A DNA stretch of 64,000 bases. Source: an uncultured Acidobacteriota bacterium. GTDB taxonomy: Bacteria > Acidobacteriota > Vicinamibacteria > Vicinamibacterales > SCN-69-37. How positions within the stretch are numbered: position 1 is the first letter of the stretch; each line of letters starts with the position of its first letter. Location: NCBI GenBank assembly GCA_963724955.1, contig CAVRWQ010000012.1, positions 211,514-275,513 of the forward strand, in the 5' to 3' direction. Positions 9,388 through 18,065 of this stretch are shown here, piece after piece. The position numbers and the translations under genes were made by a program. The notes beneath the pieces were generated by a model. It had not been told where the DNA came from. It made no database searches and worked only from the letters and a program-made list of their open reading frames with translations.

Positions 9388-10134
9388 GTGCGACGTGCGC
9401 TGATGGTCATCGTGTCTCTGTGGGCTCCCGTCCAGGCGGCGGCGCAGGCTCAAGCTCCCCCGCCACCACCCCCTCCGCCACGGCATGAGGGCACCGCCGA
9501 GCTGGCGTTCGTCGGCGTGACCGGCAACGCCTCCACCAGCTCGTTCAGCGCCGGCGGCGAATTCGTCACGCGCCCGGCGAGCTGGGTCGTGCGCAACCGC
9601 GTTTCCTTCGTGCGCAACGAATCGGAAGCCGTCCTGTCCGCTGAGTCGTTTCTCTACCTGGTCCGCGCCGAGAAGGTGCTGACGCAGCGTCTCTCCGCCT
9701 TCGGCGAGTACGCCTACTTCCGCGACGAGTTCGCCGGCGTGCCGCATCGCAACTCGATCAACGGCGGCCTCTCGGTGAAACTCGTGGACCGGGAGGCGCA
9801 TCAACTCGTCACCGACCTGGGCATCGGCTACCTGAACGAGGACCGCCTCACCGGCGACGACGTCTCGAGCGCGACGTACGGAACGGGCGGCCGCTATCGC
9901 TGGAAGATCTCACCGACCGCGACCCTCGAGGAGGAAGTGCGCCTGACGGGCACGTTCGCCCGCGCCGCGGACTGGCGCGTGGCGCAGATCCTGTCGCTGA
10001 CGTCGCAACTCACCGACCTGTTCTCGCTGAAGGTGTCCAACACCGTGCGGTACGTCCACCTGCCGCCGCCCGGGTTCAAGACCACCGACACGACCACGTC
10101 GATTGCGCTTGTCGCGAAGTTTACACGCCAGTAA
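9388..10134 (+). CDS. DUF481-like outer-membrane beta-barrel protein
   Basis: Signal peptide [21 protein letters not shown], a poly-Pro stretch, then alternating beta-strand pattern (...GIGYLNEDR..., ends ...[10 protein letters not shown]). The family call is from memory. Confidence 0.6.
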   Translation: MRRALMVIVSLWAPVQAAAQAQAPPPPPPPPRHEGTAELAFVGVTGNASTSSFSAGGEFVTRPASWVVRNRVSFVRNESEAVLSAESFLYLVRAEKVLTQRLSAFGEYAYFRDEFAGVPHRNSINGGLSVKLVDREAHQLVTDLGIGYLNEDRLTGDDVSSATYGTGGRYRWKISPTATLEEEVRLTGTFARAADWRVAQILSLTSQLTDLFSLKVSNTVRYVHLPPPGFKTTDTTTSIALVAKFTRQ

Positions 10135-10223
10135 GAAAGGCCCACCGGGACGGGACCAAGGGCGTAGGTCCTTGGGCTAATTGCGGGGCCTCCGGGAAAG
10201 GCCTACCGTGTAGCCACAACGAA

Positions 10224-11216
10224 ATGGCAGCCCAAGCTCTTCGCGCAGTCGTTCCCGCCGTCCCACTGCCGTCGCGACTGGATCCGGGTCCCGCGGTCGT
10301 GGGCGAGAGCCTCGCGTGGCGCGACGTGATGTCGCGCGTCAATCAGGTAGCACCGACGCATGCGTCGGTGCTACTCCTCGGAGAAACCGGCACCGGCAAG
10401 GAAATGGTTGCGCGGGCCATTCATGCCCTCAGCTCCCGGTGCACTCACCCCTTCGTCGCCGTGAACTGCTCGGCGTTACCGGCGACGCTGCTCGAAGCGG
10501 AGTTGTTCGGCCACGAGCGCGGCGCCTTCACGGGCGCCGACGCCGCGCGGCAGGGCCGCTTCGAGATCGCCCACCGCGGCACCCTGTTTCTCGACGAGGT
10601 GTCGGACCTGCAGCTCGAGCTGCAGCCCAAACTCCTGCGCTCGCTGCAGGAGAAATCGGTCGAGCGGCTCGGCGGCGCTCACCCGGTGTTCACCGACGTC
10701 CGCATCATCGCGGCGACCGGCAGGAACCTCGCGGACGAAGTGCGCGAGCGCCGGTTCCGCGACGACCTGTACTATCGACTGAATGTCTTTCCGATCACCC
10801 TGCCTGCGCTGCGGGATCGCCGGGAAGACATCCCGCTCCTGGCCCAGCACCTGCTGGACCGCTACGCCGGCCTGCTTCGCAAGCCGGTCGATCGCATCGC
10901 GCCGGCAGCCATGCGGCTGCTGGAGAGCTACACCTGGCCAGGCAACGTTCGCGAGCTCGAGAACGTCATCCAGCGCGCGATCATCACCTGCACGGACGGC
11001 ATCATCTCGGTGCGCGACGTGACGGGCCTTCAGAGCGAGGGCGGCACCTCCTCCGACACCAGCCTGAAGGGCGTCATGCGTCGTCACATCGAGCGGGTGC
11101 TGTCTGACAGCCAGTGGCGGATTGAAGGGCCCGAGGGCGCCGCCCGGACCCTGGGCCTCAAATCGAGCACGCTCCGCGGGCGGCTGCGCCGCCTCGGACT
11201 CAACCGGCACCCCTGA
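10224..11216 (+). CDS. Sigma-54-dependent transcriptional activator (AAA+ core plus Fis-type HTH, no obvious N-terminal sensor domain)
   Basis: Walker A GETGTGKE, the GAFTGA motif, ELENVIQRA, and a C-terminal HTH ([21 protein letters not shown]). Confidence 0.85.
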   Translation: MAAQALRAVVPAVPLPSRLDPGPAVVGESLAWRDVMSRVNQVAPTHASVLLLGETGTGKEMVARAIHALSSRCTHPFVAVNCSALPATLLEAELFGHERGAFTGADAARQGRFEIAHRGTLFLDEVSDLQLELQPKLLRSLQEKSVERLGGAHPVFTDVRIIAATGRNLADEVRERRFRDDLYYRLNVFPITLPALRDRREDIPLLAQHLLDRYAGLLRKPVDRIAPAAMRLLESYTWPGNVRELENVIQRAIITCTDGIISVRDVTGLQSEGGTSSDTSLKGVMRRHIERVLSDSQWRIEGPEGAARTLGLKSSTLRGRLRRLGLNRHP

Positions 11217-11232
11217 AGGTCTCGCGACCCAT

Positions 11233-11262
11233 CCGCCCGTTCTCCGTCTTCGGAACGGGCGG
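11233..11262. terminator. Hairpin between convergent genes (possible bidirectional terminator)
   Basis: CCGCCCGTT...AACGGGCGG with an inner CCG/CGG pair and TCTT loop. Lies between the activator gene and dcd. Confidence 0.45.
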
Positions 11263-11293
11263 AAGCTTCCCGCCCCCGAAATGCCGTAACCGG

Positions 11294-11848
11294 TCAGATC
11301 CTCGGCAGCGTGACGCCCTGCTGTTTGAGGTACTTCCCCTGCTTGTCCGCGTAGGAGCGCTCGCACGGCTCGTCGCTCTGGAGAAAGAGCACCTGCGCGA
11401 TGCCCTCGTTGGCGTAGATCTTCGCGGGCAGCGGCGTCGTGTTCGAGATCTCGAGCGTGACGTAGCCTTCCCATTCCGGCTCGAACGGCGTCACGTTGAC
11501 GATGATCCCGCAGCGCGCGTAGGTTGACTTGCCGAGGCAGATCGTGAGGATGTCGCGCGGGATGCGGAAGTACTCGATCGTCCGCGACAGGGCGAACGAG
11601 TTCGGCGGCACGATGCAGACGTCGGCTTGGATGTCCACGAACGACCGCGGATCGAAGTTCTTCGGATCGATGACCGTGCTGTTGATGTTCGTGAACACCT
11701 TGAACTCATCGGCCACGCGGATGTCGTAGCCGTAGGACGACAGACCGAACGACACGACGCCGGCGCGCACCTGTGAATCCACGAACGGCTCGATCATCTT
11801 GTGCTCGAGCGCCATGCGGCGGATCCATTTGTCGGACTTGATCGGCAC
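11294..11848 (-). CDS. dcd: dCTP deaminase
   Basis: [22 protein letters not shown]... matches the canonical Dcd N-terminus. GTG start with an AGAGGA RBS. Intact. Confidence 0.9.
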   Translation of the reverse strand: MPIKSDKWIRRMALEHKMIEPFVDSQVRAGVVSFGLSSYGYDIRVADEFKVFTNINSTVIDPKNFDPRSFVDIQADVCIVPPNSFALSRTIEYFRIPRDILTICLGKSTYARCGIIVNVTPFEPEWEGYVTLEISNTTPLPAKIYANEGIAQVLFLQSDEPCERSYADKQGKYLKQQGVTLPRI

Positions 11849-11859
11849 AGGGAGTCCTC

Positions 11860-12054
11860 TCAGCGGCGGAAGAGCATGGCCAGAAGCGAGAGCACGAGGC
11901 TGATCACGAGGCAGGTGACAATCGGAAAGTAGAACGTGCCGGCGCCGCGCTGGATGACCAGATCGCCCGGCAGCCGGCCCAGGGGCACGCCAAGCTTCAC
12001 GAGCACGCCGATCGCGATGAGCACCGCGCCGAGGATGATGAGAAGCCTGGCCAC
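11860..12054 (-). CDS. DUF2905-family small membrane protein
   Basis: [22 protein letters not shown]...[45 protein letters not shown] before the GTG at 12054. Confidence 0.65.
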   Translation of the reverse strand: MARLLIILGAVLIAIGVLVKLGVPLGRLPGDLVIQRGAGTFYFPIVTCLVISLVLSLLAMLFRR

Positions 12055-12228
12055 ACCTTCGCCCTCCAGGGCCTGCCAACACTGCTTGTCACAAAAGATT
12101 GAACCATGAAGGACCATGAAGACGATCTTCCGAGGCTCTTCTCCATGAACCTCCATGGTTCAAGCTCTTGTCCGCAAGCTCTTCCAAGCAAAGTTCTTGT
12201 CACCAACGCCCTTCAACCTTCGACCTTC

Positions 12229-12645
12229 TCAACTCTCCATCCCTCGGAAGAAGTAGCCCAGCTCGAATGCTGCCGTTTCCGGCGCGTCCGATCCGTGCGT
12301 CGCGTTGTGCTCGATCGACGCGCCGAACTCCTTGCGCAGCGTGCCCGCCTCCGCCTTGCCGGGGTCGGTCGCGCCCATGAGCGTGCGCCACTTCTTGATG
12401 GCGTCAGGCGCCTCGAGCGCCATCACGACGCACGGGCCCGACGACATGAACTCCGTGAGGCTGGCGAAGAACGGCCGTTCGCGGTGGACCGCGTAGAAGC
12501 CTTCCGCTTCCTTCTTCGTGAGATGGGTCAACCGCATCGCGCGCACGGTAAATCCGGCGTCCTCGATGCGTGCGAGAATCCGGCCGGCCTTCCGGGCTTT
12601 GACGGCGTCGGGCTTGATGATGGCGAACGTTCGTTCCGAGGTCAT
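12229..12645 (-). CDS. ndk: Nucleoside-diphosphate kinase
   Basis: Intact 138 aa. [12 protein letters not shown]..., NATHGSD active-site His motif. Confidence 0.95.
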   Translation of the reverse strand: MTSERTFAIIKPDAVKARKAGRILARIEDAGFTVRAMRLTHLTKKEAEGFYAVHRERPFFASLTEFMSSGPCVVMALEAPDAIKKWRTLMGATDPGKAEAGTLRKEFGASIEHNATHGSDAPETAAFELGYFFRGMES

Positions 12646-12661
12646 ATCCCGACGATTATAA

Positions 12662-12743
12662 GGGGACGGGTCTCAGCTGTGGAAAACTCGCCAACCATAA
12701 AAGACTGCGGTTGGCGAGTTTTCCACAGCTGAGACCCGTCCCC
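12662..12743. repeat. 82-bp element: perfect 35-bp inverted repeat with a 12-nt AT-rich loop
   Basis: GGGGACGGGTCTCAGCTGTGGAAAACTCGCCAACC (12662-12696), loop ATAAAAGACTGC, exact reverse complement at 12709-12743. It ends 1 nt from the upstream gene's stop codon. Confidence 0.95.
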
Positions 12744-12744
12744 C

Positions 12745-13518
12745 TCAGTCCAGCCGGAACTCCATGATGATCATCACCGCCACCGGCACGGGCTGGCCGT
12801 CCAGCAGGCCCGGCTTGAACACACAGCTGCGCGCCGAGATCAACGCCGCTTCGTCGAGCCCGGACGCTTTGTCGAGTGACCGCGCAATTCGTGCGCTTCC
12901 GATCGTGCCGTCCGCCAGAACGACGAGATCGACCCTGACGGCGCCCTGAATCTTGGCGCGCATCGCCCCTGACGTGTATGCAGGTGGCGACTGCTTGACC
13001 ATCCGAGGCGCGACCAGGCCCGGCGTGTGTACCGAGTAGGTGTCCTTCAGAAAATCGTCCGATGACGATTCGATTCGCGCCCATCGCGGCTGGACCCGCG
13101 GAGGGGCGATCGCGGATGGCCGTCCGCCCCGGATATCGAATCCCATGATGATGTTGACCAGCGTCGGGACCGGCTCTCCACCAAGGGTTCCCGGTCGAAA
13201 CCGCCAGGTTCGAACCACCTTCACGGCCTCGGCGTCCAGCCCCAACACCTTGTCAAACCATTTCACTACCAGAACCTCGCCGGCCTTGCCATCCGGCAGA
13301 ACGACGACCTCGAGTTCGACGCTGCTGCTGATCCAGGCGGGGCGAGCTTCGTTTGTGGAAAGGGGCTGCCCCGGCTGAATCATGGTCGGAAACGTGACCC
13401 CATCAGATCCTGCTTTGTAGATTCGCTGACCTGCGTCCCAACTACGGATCGGCTCAACCGAACGCACCTCGACGGAGGCAACCAGCAGGACTGCCGCAAC
13501 CGTGAGGCGTGGAATCAT
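12745..13518 (-). CDS. Exported protein with two TonB C-terminal-like domains
   Basis: N-terminal signal/anchor MIPRLTVAAVLLVASV. Two copies of the ...(V/L)(E/R)(L/V)...DG...LD..A(L/V)...F.PG...G.PV pattern, e.g. RAKIQGAVRVDLVVLADGTIGSARIARSLDKASGLDEAALISARSCVFKPGLLDGQPV. Confidence 0.7.
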   Translation of the reverse strand: MIPRLTVAAVLLVASVEVRSVEPIRSWDAGQRIYKAGSDGVTFPTMIQPGQPLSTNEARPAWISSSVELEVVVLPDGKAGEVLVVKWFDKVLGLDAEAVKVVRTWRFRPGTLGGEPVPTLVNIIMGFDIRGGRPSAIAPPRVQPRWARIESSSDDFLKDTYSVHTPGLVAPRMVKQSPPAYTSGAMRAKIQGAVRVDLVVLADGTIGSARIARSLDKASGLDEAALISARSCVFKPGLLDGQPVPVAVMIIMEFRLD

Positions 13519-13550
13519 CGTGATTCCCTGACCGTCCCCTTCAGTGCAGC

Positions 13551-14305
13551 CGGAACTCCAGAGACGATGGTCGTGGCGACCGCTACGGGTTGGCCGTTCA
13601 GAAGACCGGGTTCAAAGATCCAGGCTCGCGCTGCGACGAGCGCCTCCTCGTCCAGGCCGAAGGCTTTGTCGAGCGACTCGGCAATCCTGGCGCGGCCGAC
13701 CGTGCCGTCCGGAAGGACGACGATGTCCACTTTGACGACGCCTTGAATCTTGGCGCGCATGGCATCGGCGGTGTACTTGGGGTGGAGTACTTCACGGCGC
13801 GCGGCGCGACCAACCCGGGCGTGCTGGCTGCGTACGTTCCCTTGAGGAACTCATCCTCCGGCTCGATTCGCGTGCCCTGCAGCGCCGGCGGCGACCCGGC
13901 AGTCGGCTGGCCGTCAAGCTTGAACTCCAGGATCAATGTCACGATCACGGCGACGGGCTTTCCTTCGCGCGTCCCCGGGCGGAAGAGCCACTTTCGAGCT
14001 GCCGCCACGGCTTCCTCGTCGAGTCCGTACTGCCGGTCCAGCGACTTCACGACGCGGATCTCCCCGACGGTCCCGTCCGGCAGGATGATGGCCCTGAGCT
14101 CGACGCTTCCCCCGATTCGCGCTCGCCTGGCCTGATCGGTGTAGCGCGGCTGTTCCAGGCGAATCAGGGTCGGGTAGGTCACGCCCGACCCCGCCTCGTA
14201 GATTGGCTGCCCATCGGCCGTCTGGCCAACGGACGACTGCAAAGCGCCTGTAGCGGCGCCGAACGAGACCAACACGACCACCACCGCCGCGAGACGTGAC
14301 GTCAT
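13551..14305 (-). CDS. Tandem paralog of the double TonB-C protein; 2 frame disruptions
   Basis: ORF 13598..14305 (MTSRLAAVVVVLVSFGAATGA...) plus ORF 13515..13760 (MRAKIQGVVKVDIVVLPDGTVGRARIAESLDKAFGLDEEAL...). The paralog-like end LEFRLH-stop (TGA 13551-13553) lies in a third frame. Confidence 0.65.
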
Positions 14306-14392
14306 TGGGTCCTCCCGGGCTTTCGACGACGACAGCGCCGGCGTGGCCGGTCGCCCCGCTGGATGGGGACTCGCTCAATTATAGAGGCGGAA

Positions 14393-14896
14393 TCAGACGA
14401 CCTTGTCTCGCGACTTCCCTATCGAGTCGAGGTGCTTCTGAAGCGCCAGTCGATCCAGCTCATGGATGCGCAGACTGGTGAAGAGCTTGATGCGGGCGTC
14501 CAGCTCCTGGAACGTGCGGTTGAACGCACGTGCCTGGTCGGCGTCGGTGCCCTCGACGGCCGCGGGGTCCTCGACGCCCCAATGAGCAGTCATCGGCTGG
14601 CCGGGCCAGACTGGGCAGACTTCCTTCGCCGCCTGATCGCAGACGGTGAAGACGAAATTGAGCGACGGCGCGCCGGGCGCGGCGAACTCGTCCCAGCTCT
14701 TGCTCCGAAGTCCTGCCGTCGGCAGCTTGTACTTCCGGAGGACGTCCAGCGCCAGCGGATGCACGGCGCCTTTCGGATAGCTCCCGGCGCTGTACCCCTT
14801 GAAGCGGCCGCCGCCCCAGTGGTTGAGCAGGACCTCGGCGATGATGCTGCGCGCCGAGTTGCCCGTGCAGAGAAACAACACGTGGTATTCCGTCAT
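14393..14896 (-). CDS. arsC: Arsenate reductase, LMW-PTP / thioredoxin-coupled type
   Basis: LCTGNSARS P-loop and the downstream Cys pair in TVCDQAAKEVCP. The start ATG overlaps the phoU stop (ATGA). Confidence 0.85.
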   Translation of the reverse strand: MTEYHVLFLCTGNSARSIIAEVLLNHWGGGRFKGYSAGSYPKGAVHPLALDVLRKYKLPTAGLRSKSWDEFAAPGAPSLNFVFTVCDQAAKEVCPVWPGQPMTAHWGVEDPAAVEGTDADQARAFNRTFQELDARIKLFTSLRIHELDRLALQKHLDSIGKSRDKVV

Positions 14897-15567
14897 GGCG
14901 TGTCCCGCAGGTCCGCATGATGACGCACGACGCGGCCCTCGACGAAAAAGATGAGGTCCTCGGCGATGTTGGTGGCGTGGTCGGCGATCCGCTCGAGCGA
15001 ACGGGCGACGAAAATGAGTCCCAGCGCGCGCTCGATGGTGCCTGGGTCCCCCATCATGTGTGTCAACAGCACGCGAAAAATCGAGTCGCGACTCGCATCG
15101 GCGTCGTCATCACGAAGCAGCACGGACCGCGCGAGGGCCGCGTCCTGCTCGAGAAACGCCTTCATGGCGTCGTGCACCATGCCCTCGGCCACTTCCGAGA
15201 GACGGGCGAGATCGATCATCGGCCGGAGCGGGGGCAACGTGATGAGCCGAAGGGTCGCCTCCGCGATGTTGACGGCCTGGTCGCCGATGCGCTCGAGATC
15301 GGTGTTCACCTTGATGGCCGAGCGGACGTGCCGGAGGTCGGAGGCGACCGGATGCTGCAGCGCCAGCAGCCGGAGCGTCATGTCGTCCACCTCGAGCTCG
15401 AGCTCGTTGACCTCCTGGTCGCCGGTGGCGACCATCTCGGCGAGGTCTTCCCGGCGCTCGATGAGCGCCTTCATGGCCTCGTGCGTGCGGCGCTCGACGA
15501 GCGCGCCCATCTCGCCCAGCTTCTGGTTGAGCGCTCGAAGCTCCTCGTGAAAATGTCGTTCGATCAT
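14893..15567 (-). CDS. phoU: Phosphate signalling complex protein PhoU
   Basis: [21 protein letters not shown]... with two PhoU repeats (E..VN..ELE.., [12 protein letters not shown]). The ATG overlaps the pstB stop. Confidence 0.9.
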   Translation of the reverse strand: MIERHFHEELRALNQKLGEMGALVERRTHEAMKALIERREDLAEMVATGDQEVNELELEVDDMTLRLLALQHPVASDLRHVRSAIKVNTDLERIGDQAVNIAEATLRLITLPPLRPMIDLARLSEVAEGMVHDAMKAFLEQDAALARSVLLRDDDADASRDSIFRVLLTHMMGDPGTIERALGLIFVARSLERIADHATNIAEDLIFFVEGRVVRHHADLRDTP

Positions 15568-16409
15568 CCGAACCTCCCGGTGAGGTAATCGTTGGTGTGC
15601 TTCTCTCGGGGATTCGTGAACATCTCGGCGGTGTTGTTGTACTCGATCAGCTTCCCGAGCCAGAAAAACGCCGTCTTGTCGGACACCCGCGCGGCCTGCT
15701 GCAGGTTGTGAGTGACGATCACGATCGTGAACTGTTTCTTGAGCTGCTCGATCAGCTCCTCGACCTTGAGCGTCGCGATCGGATCGAGCGCGGAGCACGG
15801 CTCGTCCATCAGGACGATCTCGGGCTCGACGGCAATGGCGCGCGCGATGCAGAGCCGCTGTTGCTGGCCGCCGGAGAGCGACAGGCCGCTTTCCTGCAGC
15901 CGATCCTTGACCTCTTCCCACAGCGCGGCCCCGCGCAGGCTCTTCTCGCAGGCTTCGTCCAGCACCGCTTTGGTCCGGACGCCGGCGATCCGCAGGCCGT
16001 AGACGACGTTCTCGTAAATGGACTTCGGCAGCGGGTTGGATTTCTGGAAGACCATGCCGATGCGCCGGCGCACTTCGATGACGTCCGTCGCCGGATCGTA
16101 CAGTTCCTGGCCGTGCACGTTGAAGGTGCCGGTGACCTTGACGTGGTCGATCAGGTCGTTCATGCGATTCAAGCATCGCAGGAGCGTCGATTTCCCGCAG
16201 CCGGACGGACCGATGAAGGCCGTCACCTGGCGGGCTTCGATGTCCATGGAGATGTCGAAGAGCGCCTGCTTGGCGCCGTAGAAGAGATTCGCGTCGCGAA
16301 TCACGATCGCGGGCGGCGCCGTGGACTGCGCCGCGACAGGCGCGACGAACGGGACGTCCGTCTTCAGCCTGACGCGCTCGCCGCGTGCGTTCTCCGTTGA
16401 CTCAACCAT
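15564..16409 (-). CDS. pstB: Phosphate ABC transporter ATP-binding protein
   Basis: GPSGCGKST Walker [15 protein letters not shown] signature, C-terminus [10 protein letters not shown] typical of PstB. Confidence 0.95.
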   Translation of the reverse strand: MVESTENARGERVRLKTDVPFVAPVAAQSTAPPAIVIRDANLFYGAKQALFDISMDIEARQVTAFIGPSGCGKSTLLRCLNRMNDLIDHVKVTGTFNVHGQELYDPATDVIEVRRRIGMVFQKSNPLPKSIYENVVYGLRIAGVRTKAVLDEACEKSLRGAALWEEVKDRLQESGLSLSGGQQQRLCIARAIAVEPEIVLMDEPCSALDPIATLKVEELIEQLKKQFTIVIVTHNLQQAARVSDKTAFFWLGKLIEYNNTAEMFTNPREKHTNDYLTGRFG

Positions 16410-16435
16410 CGCAAGCACTCCCCTGCAGTGCCGCG

Positions 16436-18065
16436 CTAGAAGGCGGACGTCTGATACCGCTTCCGAAGCTGATTCCGTACCACGATCGCTGTGAGGTTCA
16501 GCGCCACGACGATGATGAGCAGAAGAATCGCCGTGGCGTAGACCATCGGCTTGGCGGCCTCGACGTTCGGGCTCTGAAACCCGACGTCGAAGATGTGATA
16601 GCCGAGGTGCATGAACTTCCGCTCGAGGTGCAGGAAGGGCGCGATGCCGTCGAGCGGCAGGTCGGGCGCCAGCTTGACGACGCCCGTGATCATGAGCGGC
16701 GCGACCTCGCCGGCGCCTCGCGCCATCGCGAGGATCAGCCCGGTGAGGATGCCTGGCGCCGCCGCGGGCAGCACGACGCGCAGGATCGTCTGGAACTTCG
16801 TCGCGCCGGTTGCGAGCGACGCTTCCCGCATCGATCGCGGCACCGCGCCAAGCGCCTCTTCGGAGGCCACGATCACGACCGGCACCGTGAGCAGGCCGAG
16901 CGTCAGCGAGGCCCACAGGATGCCACCGGTCCCGAACGTCGGCGTCGGCAGCCGCTCGCTGAAGAACGCCTGGTCGATCGACCCGCCCACGAAGTACACG
17001 AAAAAACCGAGGCCGAACACGCCGAATACGATCGACGGAACGCCGGCGAGGTTGTTGACGGCGATCCGCACCAGACGCACGAGCACGCCCTGGCGCGCGT
17101 ACTCGCGCAGGTAGAGCGCCGCGAGCACCCCGAACGGCACCGCGAGGATGCTCATCAGGATCACCATCATCACGGTGCCGAAGATCGCCGGGAAGATGCC
17201 GCCTTCGGTATTCGATTCGCGCGGCTCCCCCGCCAGGAACTCCCAGAGGCGTCCCGCGTACACGCGAGAGCCGGCCCATGAACGACAGCTCGTTCGCTCG
17301 GTACGCGCGGAAGATGTCGAGCGTCGCCAGTTCCTTCTCCTGGCCGTCGGCGGTGGTGAGCACGACGCGCGTCCGCGACGCTTGCGTCACGGTCTCGGCC
17401 AGTCTGACTTCCGCGGCGGCGTACCTCGTCTTGAGATCGGCCAGCCGGCGCTCCCGCGCTTCACGTTCGGCCGTCGACGCGGCCGTGCCGGCCTGCGACA
17501 GGCTGCGCACTGCGAGCCGCTCGACTTCGATTTCGGCGTTGATCGCCCCGATTTCGTCGCGCTCGAGCTCGACGATGCTCTCGCGGTCGGCTTCGGCCTT
17601 GTGGATGAGGGGTTGCAGTGCGGTCCACACCGGATCGGCACCCGCCGCGACCTCCCGGTCGCCATCGAGCAGGCGGACTGGCGTGCCCAGGAACGGTCCG
17701 TACTCGCGCCGCTCGAGGTAGACGGCCTCACGGGGCCGGGTCTGTTCCTTGATGTCGGACTCGTCCATCCACCGGAAGTCGGCGCCCGAGAAATCGCGGT
17801 TGCCGACCTTCATCTGCACGCGCATGCGCTTCAGATGTTCGGGCGTGCCGGGCTTCGGAATGCCTTCGCGCGCCGCAATCTCGCCGAGCAGCACGGTGCC
17901 GTCGTTGAGCGTGACCCGCACCAGCGGTCGCGGCCAGAAGAAGCCGAGGCCGTTGACCAGGATGAGCCCGACCATGCCGACGATCATCAGGAGACTGATG
18001 CCGAGACCGGTGCCCGTGAACCAGATCGCGGGGTCGCCGCGGCGCAGCATCTCCCGGAGCGTCAT
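16436..18065 (-). CDS. pstA: Phosphate ABC transporter permease PstA, long form with a large loop insertion; one frameshift near 17265-17285
   Basis: The N-part [22 protein letters not shown]...[12 protein letters not shown] lies in the frame of the 1588-aa ORF. The C-part is ORF 16436..17263 (...[23 protein letters not shown]...). Confidence 0.85.
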
